From the IMG/VR virus record IMGVR_UViG_3300006639_000442, positions 1 to 30,840 of that record: 30,840 nt of DNA. One strand, written 5' to 3'. The stretch comes from a virus (Duplodnaviria > Caudoviricetes). The translations under genes were made by a program, and so were the position numbers. Of this stretch, positions 9,212 through 15,495 are shown piece after piece; within the stretch, counting starts at the first letter, position 1, and the number at the start of each line of letters is the position of its first letter. Under the pieces are notes generated by a model that had not been told where the DNA came from, did not search any database, and saw only the letters and a program-made list of their open reading frames with translations.

Positions 9212-9269
9212 TTTTGAAAATAGTTGTGTACAAATTATCAAAAGTAGTATAGATTGAATAATAAGCTAA
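9204..9269 (+). repeat. 66-bp direct repeat copy B, containing early promoter copy 5 (TGTACA 9227-9232, TAGATT 9250-9255)
   Basis: 61/66 identical to 8953-9018. Confidence 0.9.
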
Positions 9270-9288
9270 CTGAAAAGGAATATATATT

Positions 9289-10236
9289 ATGGCACATATG
9301 ATTGAAATGATCGACGGTCAGGCTTCGATGGCTTGGGCAGGCGATCTTCCCTGGCACGGTCTCGGTACGAAGGTCTCGAATGACCTGACTCCTGAGCAGA
9401 TGCTTAAGGCTGCAAACCTTGACTGGAAGGTTACTCCGGTTCCTGCATTCGCCGATATCGCTGGCAAGCAAGTCGATATCGGTCGTTCGGCTCTGGTCCG
9501 TGACCGTGACAACCGCGTCCTTGACGTCATCACGAATGACTGGATTCCTAACCAGAACGCAGATGCTTTCGAGTTCTTCAACGACTTCATCGCTGCTGGT
9601 GAGATGGAGATGCATACCGCTGGTTCGCTCCGTGACGGTCAGATCGTCTGGGCGTTGGCCAAGATCAAGGACTCCTTCGAGTTGTTCAAGGGCGACCAGG
9701 TCGATTCCTACATGCTCTTCACCAACCCTCATAAGTATGGTTCGTCGATCGATGTTCGCTTCACACCGATTCGTGTGGTCTGCAACAACACCCTGACTCT
9801 GTCGCTCTCGCAGAACTCCAGCCAGGTTGTCAAGGTTTCACACCGCAACGAGTTCAACGGTGACGCTGTCAAGGAAACTCTTGGCATCGCCAAGGAAAAG
9901 CTCCAGTCCTACAAGGAAATGGCTGCTTATCTCGGTTCGAAGCGTTACAACGACGAGAACATCGTTGACTACTTCAAGCGTGTCTTCCCTGTGACTGGTG
10001 CCAAGAAAGAGATCAGCAAGAACGCTGAGATCGCTCTGAACATCATCGACCAACAGCCTGGTGCTGAGTATGCCGAAGGTACATGGTGGCAGGCATTCAA
10101 CGCCGTCACCTTCATGACCGACCACGTCATCGGTCGTTCGGCTGACAACCGCCTCCAGTCTGCCTGGTACGGTTATAACAAGGGTCTCAAGACTCGTGCA
10201 CTTGAGTCTGCGGTGGAGTTTGCTGATGCTGCTTAA
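9289..10236 (+). CDS. DUF932 / phage-plasmid protein (TIGR03299-like)
   Basis: MAH...PWHGLG, HTAGSL..G..VWALAK, TPIRVVCNNTL and GTWWQAFNAVT motifs. Confidence 0.9.
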   Translation: MAHMIEMIDGQASMAWAGDLPWHGLGTKVSNDLTPEQMLKAANLDWKVTPVPAFADIAGKQVDIGRSALVRDRDNRVLDVITNDWIPNQNADAFEFFNDFIAAGEMEMHTAGSLRDGQIVWALAKIKDSFELFKGDQVDSYMLFTNPHKYGSSIDVRFTPIRVVCNNTLTLSLSQNSSQVVKVSHRNEFNGDAVKETLGIAKEKLQSYKEMAAYLGSKRYNDENIVDYFKRVFPVTGAKKEISKNAEIALNIIDQQPGAEYAEGTWWQAFNAVTFMTDHVIGRSADNRLQSAWYGYNKGLKTRALESAVEFADAA

Positions 10237-10573
10237 TGTTAAGAATCGGTCCCCAGAATCCTGGGGACCGCTAGCCGCCGTTGATCAGAAAACGTTTGAC
10301 GGTCTAATTAATAAACCCAATGCTAAGGATGAAGTAAAAGCCTTTGTCAAGAAGCAGAAGAAGCTCAAGCCATACAAGGTTACATTTGAGAGACGCTCGT
10401 TCTCAGAATCTTTTGAGATCATGGCTGAGGATGACTACGACGTGAGCACTAAGGCTCGTGCGTATTACAAAGAGAACGCCAATCAGATTGCGTTCAAGGA
10501 ACAGCAACGCAGCAATTGGGCTGTCGGATATGCTGGTTATGACAACATTCGTTACAGTAAAGTGAGGACTTAA
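10226..10573 (+). CDS. Hypothetical protein
   Basis: GGAG SD then ATG at 10226, overlapping the end of the DUF932 gene. Confidence 0.65.
   Translation: MLLNVKNRSPESWGPLAAVDQKTFDGLINKPNAKDEVKAFVKKQKKLKPYKVTFERRSFSESFEIMAEDDYDVSTKARAYYKENANQIAFKEQQRSNWAVGYAGYDNIRYSKVRT
10247..10270 (+). other. Perfect 10-bp GC-rich hairpin (cggtccccag-aatc-ctggggaccg)
   Basis: Inverted repeat just after the DUF932 stop; no U-tract. Confidence 0.7.
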
Positions 10574-10575
10574 TT

Positions 10576-10809
10576 ATGTTTTATTTGTTTGTTGCATTTG
10601 CTGTTCTGGCATATCGTGTATATAAGGCGGCTCAGACCGACTTCACATACGGACCAGGACACACATTTCGCAAAGAAGATGAGATCAATACCGATAAAGT
10701 AGTCATGTACGTAGTCACTACGGTAATCATCTCTGCATTTTGGATCTTTGTATTGCCTTGTTATGCTATCTACAAGCTAGGTCAACGTTTTAATAAGAAG
10801 GAAGTTTAA
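10576..10809 (+). CDS. Small membrane protein
   Basis: GAGG SD; two hydrophobic segments. Confidence 0.75.
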   Translation: MFYLFVAFAVLAYRVYKAAQTDFTYGPGHTFRKEDEINTDKVVMYVVTTVIISAFWIFVLPCYAIYKLGQRFNKKEV

Positions 10810-10810
10810 T

Positions 10811-11044
10811 ATGGCTTGGTATTTGATTATTGCATTTTCACTCCTTGCGTTTGGCATCTACAAACTCGGAGTATCAACTATTAACGTTGACGACAAGATT
10901 GGAATTTTTTGGCTTATATTGGTGTTGTCCGTAATGTGGCCGGTTGTTTTTACACTAGCAATTGTAGCCGGCCCGTTTATCGGCCTCTTCTGGCTTGGTG
11001 ATCGTAAACGTAGGAAGAAGGAAGAATCTGCCAAGAATAAATAA
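10811..11044 (+). CDS. Small membrane protein
   Basis: AAGGA SD; hydrophobic segments and a basic C-terminal tail. Confidence 0.75.
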   Translation: MAWYLIIAFSLLAFGIYKLGVSTINVDDKIGIFWLILVLSVMWPVVFTLAIVAGPFIGLFWLGDRKRRKKEESAKNK

Positions 11045-11048
11045 GTTC

Positions 11049-11240
11049 ATGGTAGAAGAAAACGGTATGTACTTTGTTGGAATGTGTCTGGAAACCGAGG
11101 AAGATGAAGTCGTCTTTCCGGTCATGTTCCACACAAAGAACTATAAAGAAGCTCTGACGCTTGCATCATGTATCGCTGATGGCGATCCTAGGAAACGAGT
11201 GATGTACGCTGATATCAGTGAAGACTATTTTAGGGATTAA
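11049..11240 (+). CDS. Small hypothetical protein
   Basis: In-frame ATG at 11049 after the upstream stop; start uncertain. Confidence 0.6.
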   Translation: MVEENGMYFVGMCLETEEDEVVFPVMFHTKNYKEALTLASCIADGDPRKRVMYADISEDYFRD

Positions 11241-11243
11241 CTT

Positions 11244-11552
11244 ATGAAAAAGATTCTTACTAGTTTAATTGCTGTATCGTTGCTTGCAACTCCAGCTATG
11301 GCACGTGATCATCGTGGTCATGAACGTTATGAGAAACGTGGCAATGGTTGTGGATGGCTTTGTGGAGCTATCATCGGTGGTGTTGTTATTGGTGCTTTGA
11401 GTTCAAAGCGTGATGAAGAACGCGAACGTGAGTACGATAACCGTTACTATCCACCAGATTATCGTTATGATCGACGTTACTGTGTCCGCGAACAGATTGT
11501 AGAGTGGCGCTATGGTGAACGTTATATCTATTGGCAAACCACCTGTAATTAA
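11244..11552 (+). CDS. Exported protein with signal peptide, glycine-zipper-like segment and Tyr/Arg-rich tail
   Basis: MKKILTSLIAVSLLATPAMA signal peptide (AxA); GAIIGGVVIGAL. Confidence 0.75.
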   Translation: MKKILTSLIAVSLLATPAMARDHRGHERYEKRGNGCGWLCGAIIGGVVIGALSSKRDEEREREYDNRYYPPDYRYDRRYCVREQIVEWRYGERYIYWQTTCN

Positions 11553-11561
11553 GGAAAATCT

Positions 11562-11996
11562 ATGAAGTATTTTGGATTGGCGCTTTTGGCGCTAGTAGCT
11601 ACACCTGTTATTGCTCAGAAGACACCTATCGGCGTGACATATGATACGACCATTGTTCGTGCAGTTGACGGTGATACAGTAGTTATTGCTGCTCCATATC
11701 TGCCGGCTCCTTTAAAGCCTGAATTTGGTGTCAGAATCTTTGGTGTTGATACGCCAGAAAAAGGCTTTCGTGGCAAATGTGAGAGTGAAAAGCAACGTGG
11801 TGAGCAAGCTTCAATTTTCACAAAAAATGCAATCGCCGCTACGAAGAAGCATCAGGTCGTTCTGTATGATTGGGACAAGTTTGGCGGTCGTGTTCTTGGA
11901 GATATCCTCCTTGACGGCATGAGCCTTCGTGCTTTGCTGATCAAGAATGGCTTTGCTCGCGAATACTTTGGTGATGCAAAACAATCTTGGTGCTAA
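11562..11996 (+). CDS. Thermonuclease (staphylococcal nuclease-like) with signal peptide
   Basis: RAVDGDT, VRIFGVDTPE and DKFGGRVLG motifs; hydrophobic N-terminal signal. Confidence 0.9.
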   Translation: MKYFGLALLALVATPVIAQKTPIGVTYDTTIVRAVDGDTVVIAAPYLPAPLKPEFGVRIFGVDTPEKGFRGKCESEKQRGEQASIFTKNAIAATKKHQVVLYDWDKFGGRVLGDILLDGMSLRALLIKNGFAREYFGDAKQSWC

Positions 11997-11998
11997 AA

Positions 11999-12328
11999 AT
12001 GACTGCTACACTTGAATCTTTCTTTGATGATGATAAACCAATCTATGTTCCGTCTCTAGTAGAGAAGATCCGCCAGAGACGGGTTCAGATGTTGGTTCAT
12101 TCCTATTTGTATTACAGTCTAGACTCGCCAGTCATCACCGATGAAAAGTGGCAACAGTGGGCCGATGAGTTGACGGTCCTACAGGAAGAACTCAAAGAGA
12201 TCGGCTTCTACGACGAAGAGTTTGCCGATTGGAACGGTTCAACCGGTATGCATCTCCCTAAAGATGACTGGATCGATCGTAGAGCCAAATGGCTTTACAA
12301 ACAAAATTATCCTGCGAGTGATTTTTGA
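11999..12328 (+). CDS. Stand-alone protein resembling the N-terminal domain Ia of NAD-dependent DNA ligase
   Basis: HSYLYYSLDSPVITDEKWQQWADEL resembles LigA H..YY..D.P.ISD.EYD.L..EL; no ligase catalytic core. Confidence 0.7.
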   Translation: MTATLESFFDDDKPIYVPSLVEKIRQRRVQMLVHSYLYYSLDSPVITDEKWQQWADELTVLQEELKEIGFYDEEFADWNGSTGMHLPKDDWIDRRAKWLYKQNYPASDF

Positions 12329-12366
12329 AATTAACTGTGTACATTTAAGATAAAACATAGTATATA
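12328..12366 (+). promoter_or_regulatory. Early-type promoter of the tmRNA gene (TGTACA 12338-12343, N17, TATATA)
   Basis: aattaactgTGTACA matches the other copies; the -10 lacks the final T. Confidence 0.65.
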
Positions 12367-12373
12367 TAGTATA

Positions 12374-12675
12374 TCAGTTGTTGAGAATCAACAATAAAGG
12401 CGGAAAGACCGGGGTTCGACTCCCCGCACCTCCACCATAGATACTGATGCATTAGCTGCACCAGAAATGACGCATGCGGGGGAATGTAAGTCGTCAGTAT
12501 CTATGATGGGGGTGACCTTGGAATTCGATTTTCGTGTAATAGGGCGGTTTGAGACTGATTCGGTGGCTGAGTGGCCAAAAAACAATAAATGCTAACGATA
12601 ACGATAGCTTTGCAGATATCCGCCTAGCGGCATGATCTACACGGGTATGGCTCCACCTTGGAACAGAACGGGCCA
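12374..12675 (+). ncRNA. ssrA: Two-piece (circularly permuted) tmRNA of the alphaproteobacterial type
   Basis: Acceptor piece first, with T-arm cggggTTCGACTccccg and CACCTCC-A-CCA ending at 12437; intervening segment 12438-12507; coding piece starts GGGGGTG at 12508, giving a 7-bp acceptor stem with G3-U70; tag ORF 12591-12635 encodes ANDNDSFADIRLAA*; outer ends approximate. Confidence 0.95.
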
Positions 12676-12680
12676 CTTTA

Positions 12681-12719
12681 CTACCAGTTGCACCGTAAAT
12701 GCTACGGGTTGATTGGTAG
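12681..12719 (+). other. Stem-loop downstream of the tmRNA (possible processing or termination structure)
   Basis: ctacca.../...tggtag outer stem and ccgta-aatgc-tacgg inner stem. Confidence 0.55.
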
Positions 12720-12724
12720 ATCGG

Positions 12725-12732
12725 TATAAATA
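12725..12732 (+). promoter_or_regulatory. T4-type late promoter TATAAATA
   Basis: Exact gp55 consensus, intergenic, upstream of the structured leader and hydrolase. Confidence 0.8.
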
Positions 12733-12737
12733 TTTGT

Positions 12738-12984
12738 ATGCGGAGGTTGACATCCTCCATTGACTCTTACAAAACTTCAAGTCTTAGATGGCTAGAAAGC
12801 GATAGGGTTCGCCTATCACCGACGAAAACAACTAATGATTTTGCATTTCCAGTAAGGGGGAAATGGATGGAAGATACTTCGTTATTCTTTGTGTATCTTC
12901 TTATAGCAATGCAGACAGATGGTGCTGAGACGCATCTATATACTCGTCTGCGTTAGCCAAGATCATTATATCTAAGAGGATACA
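12738..12984 (+). ncRNA. Candidate structured cis-regulatory leader RNA (family not recognised)
   Basis: Multiple complementary helices, a crossing (pseudoknot-type) pairing and a 12-bp anti-SD element; see findings. Confidence 0.65.
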
Positions 12985-13566
12985 ATGGTTCTTTTTAAGA
13001 AGTCAGAAACCTTCCCACACCTAACACGTGCAGAAGGATTTTTAATAGGATTGATCTTTGCGATCATCCTGTCAGCATTCATTCCAACCAAGACGGTAAC
13101 CAAGTATATCAAGGTACCGGAAGTCAAGATAGTTGAGAAGGTTGTTGAAAAGCCGGTAGTTGTCAAGAAGCCTGTATATGTCAGTGCACACGACAGACGC
13201 CAAATCCAATGTCTTGCAGAGAATGCATATTTCGAAGCAGGCAATCAATCAACAAAAGGTAAAGTGGCCGTAACTAATGTTGTTATGAACCGAGTTAAGG
13301 ATGGAAGATTCCCTAAGTCGGCCTGCGCTGTTGTCTACCAGAAGTCACGTGGCGTATGCCAGTTCTCCTGGGTATGTGAAGGCAACAAGCGTGTTCGTAA
13401 CATGGCCGTGTTCGCTGAATCTAAGCGAGTCGCCGAGAATGTCTATCTGGGTAATATCCGAGATGTGACCAAAGGCGCAAAATTCTATCATGCTAACTAT
13501 GTAAACCCCAACTGGGGTATGCGACGTGTCACTCAAATCGGTGCACATATTTTTTATAGAGGATGA
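12985..13566 (+). CDS. SleB/Hydrolase_2-family cell wall hydrolase with N-terminal membrane anchor
   Basis: CLAENAYFEAG (catalytic Glu), AVTNVVMNRV...FP, CQFSWVC, FYHANYVNPNW, IGAHIFY. Confidence 0.92.
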   Translation: MVLFKKSETFPHLTRAEGFLIGLIFAIILSAFIPTKTVTKYIKVPEVKIVEKVVEKPVVVKKPVYVSAHDRRQIQCLAENAYFEAGNQSTKGKVAVTNVVMNRVKDGRFPKSACAVVYQKSRGVCQFSWVCEGNKRVRNMAVFAESKRVAENVYLGNIRDVTKGAKFYHANYVNPNWGMRRVTQIGAHIFYRG

Positions 13567-13570
13567 ATTA

Positions 13571-13816
13571 ATGGTGGACGACGTTATCTTTGAGAAGGCC
13601 TTGACTACTGAAAAGTTTATCAAGGACATTGAATCTCTTGTGATTAAGAATAAACTAGATTATTTAGATGCCGTCGTCCACTATTGTGAGACGAACAACG
13701 TAGAGATCGAGGCAGCAGCCATGATTATCCGTAATAACGTACGGATCAAGTCCAAGCTCCAGACTGAATGTGAGGATCTTAACTTCCTCCCTAAGAGGGC
13801 ACACCTTCCACTATGA
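13571..13816 (+). CDS. gp33: Late-promoter transcription co-activator gp33
   Basis: DYLDAVVHYCETNNVEIE...KSKLQTECEDLNFL; synteny 33-59-32. Confidence 0.88.
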   Translation: MVDDVIFEKALTTEKFIKDIESLVIKNKLDYLDAVVHYCETNNVEIEAAAMIIRNNVRIKSKLQTECEDLNFLPKRAHLPL

Positions 13817-14007
13817 GTAATGATTCATTTATGGCGATAATAAAACTTCTTAATCGGCACGATTCCATTTACGCTGAACGAGCAGATGAATTGGCATATG
13901 CACTTTATAAAATATTAGAAGGCGATGATAGTTGCCCATATGAACTTGGACTGCTTAGGGAATATGGTTATACTAATGAGAACAATGAATGGATTTATGA
14001 CGAATGA
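13813..14007 (+). CDS. Small hypothetical protein
   Basis: ATGA overlaps at both ends, between gp33 and gp59. Confidence 0.7.
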   Translation: MSNDSFMAIIKLLNRHDSIYAERADELAYALYKILEGDDSCPYELGLLREYGYTNENNEWIYDE

Positions 14008-14573
14008 CACCCTTCGAAAGCTATAAAACTTTCCTTGCCGTCAAGAGTCATTTCACCACATCATACGATTACATCAAGTACAACGGCAAGGTCAGCGCGT
14101 CTCAACACTCGTTTGAGGTACGCAAGGACAAGTACCAGTACTACAAACTCTCCAAACATAAAGATCCTTTACAGTACCTTGTAGCCAACTTTGTTGATGG
14201 TGATCTTAAGTGGATTGGAGATCTATTCAACGACGACTCTGAGAAGGTCTATGCAGGTTGGCTAAAACGTCAACAATCATTGTCATATATTTTTGAGCAG
14301 GACCTAAATAAACTGTGTACAAAATTCGACGATAATGTTATTGTAAATAATGGACAACATCCATACCTTCTTAAACAATATCTACGCCGTGAGATTAGTA
14401 TAGAGACAGTAATCATCCTTAATGATCTTCTCGGTTTCTTTAATCACTGGAACAAGAAGATCGATGATACTATCCTGTGGCCTACGATATATAAGAAGTG
14501 CATGAAGTACAAACCATTTTTCCACTATGATATGTTCAAATGTCGTAAGATTTTGAAGGACAAGTTTGCATAA
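14004..14573 (+). CDS. gp59: Helicase loader gp59
   Basis: YKTFLAVKSHF...YDYIKYNGK, RKDKYQYYKL, GQHPYLLKQYL...ISIET. Confidence 0.92.
   Translation: MTPFESYKTFLAVKSHFTTSYDYIKYNGKVSASQHSFEVRKDKYQYYKLSKHKDPLQYLVANFVDGDLKWIGDLFNDDSEKVYAGWLKRQQSLSYIFEQDLNKLCTKFDDNVIVNNGQHPYLLKQYLRREISIETVIILNDLLGFFNHWNKKIDDTILWPTIYKKCMKYKPFFHYDMFKCRKILKDKFA
14306..14344 (+). promoter_or_regulatory. Early-type promoter inside gp59 (TGTACA 14316-14321, N17, TATTGT 14339-14344)
   Basis: aaataaactgTGTACA context and exact 17-nt spacing match the intergenic copies. Confidence 0.6.
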
Positions 14574-15460
14574 TGAGTGAATATTTTACATACAATTCTA
14601 TGCCTCAGCGTGAAGACCCACGCATGACGGCTCAAGCTCCGTTGGCCACATCCAAAGAAATCTTTGAAAAGATGATGGCAGCGAAGCAGGTAAATGACGG
14701 CAACTACTGGTCGACTATGTGCGAAGTGTTTGCCGCCGATCTTGAGAACCTTCCTATGGAACGTTTCAAGGTATGGGCATCAACCATGTCGGTTCCGTTC
14801 ATGACACGGGCACGTTTTACAGACTACATTGGTCCTGTCCTTATGGCTGCAAAGGCAAGTGAGACCGTGCGCGATGCACTAGAGGAACCGATGATCGGCA
14901 TGACTGAACAGGACTATCCGATCTATGCGATGTTCGAGGACTATCGTACAACAATGAATCGTATCCAGCATATGGCTCACCTTGTCCTGAACGGATGGGG
15001 ACCTGCTGAACTTAGCAAACTAGACACTATCGTTGAACTGGGTGGTGGTATCGGTGACATGGCCGATATCGTCTACAAGCTTGGTTTCAAGGGTAAGTAC
15101 ATCATCTACGACTTCAAAGAAGTCGGTCAGATTCAGAAGTGGTATCACGACCAGTTGGGACATACCAACATCGTGCACACCTCTGATGTGAATGATCTCG
15201 TAGACGCCGATTTTATGATCGGTACGTGGTCATTCACCGAAATGCCTCTTGATCTTCGTGCGGATATCATGGGGCGCATTGGTAATACAAAAAATTGGTT
15301 AATTTCATATTCTAACCTGATCTTTGGCATTAACAATGATAAATACATTACCGAAGACTTTGTTCCACGGTTCACTGAGCATGATATCGAATATCGAGAT
15401 ATTCCTTTCATGCCATGGGATGGTGGTGCCAAGTATCTCTCGGTAAAACACAAATCGTAA
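14573..15460 (+). CDS. Class I SAM-dependent methyltransferase (putative sugar O-methyltransferase type)
   Basis: IVELGGGIG (motif I), YIIYDF.EV and TWSFTEMP motifs. Confidence 0.8.
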   Translation: MSEYFTYNSMPQREDPRMTAQAPLATSKEIFEKMMAAKQVNDGNYWSTMCEVFAADLENLPMERFKVWASTMSVPFMTRARFTDYIGPVLMAAKASETVRDALEEPMIGMTEQDYPIYAMFEDYRTTMNRIQHMAHLVLNGWGPAELSKLDTIVELGGGIGDMADIVYKLGFKGKYIIYDFKEVGQIQKWYHDQLGHTNIVHTSDVNDLVDADFMIGTWSFTEMPLDLRADIMGRIGNTKNWLISYSNLIFGINNDKYITEDFVPRFTEHDIEYRDIPFMPWDGGAKYLSVKHKS

Positions 15461-15495
15461 TACAACGTACATAACGACATACTAGGAGAAAACAT

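Noticed and set aside
8953-9269. CRISPR array or insertion-sequence ends suggested by the repeats near a PD-(D/E)XK nuclease
   Set aside because: The repeats are 66-bp promoter units separated by a whole gene; there is no spacer periodicity, cas operon or transposase
12408-12437. Stand-alone tRNA gene or integration (att) site suggested by the T-arm and CCA
   Set aside because: No upstream D-arm or anticodon arm; the matching 5' acceptor strand is downstream at 12508, so this is the permuted tmRNA; no integrase in the window
12747-12790. TTGACA and TTGACT as sigma70 -35 elements in the leader
   Set aside because: No acceptable -10 hexamer at 16-18 nt spacing
12388-12956. ORFs 12388-12585(-), 12494-12760(-) and 12738-12956(+)
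   Set aside because: They overlap the tmRNA and structured RNA and have no recognisable protein motifs; a leaderless 12738 ORF behind the late promoter cannot be fully excluded but is unsupported
12781-12977. RNase P RNA or group I intron identity for the structured leader (the helix order loosely resembles RNase P P1/P2/P4)
   Set aside because: The conserved RNase P P4 sequences (GAGGAAAGUCC...) and group I core motifs are not visible
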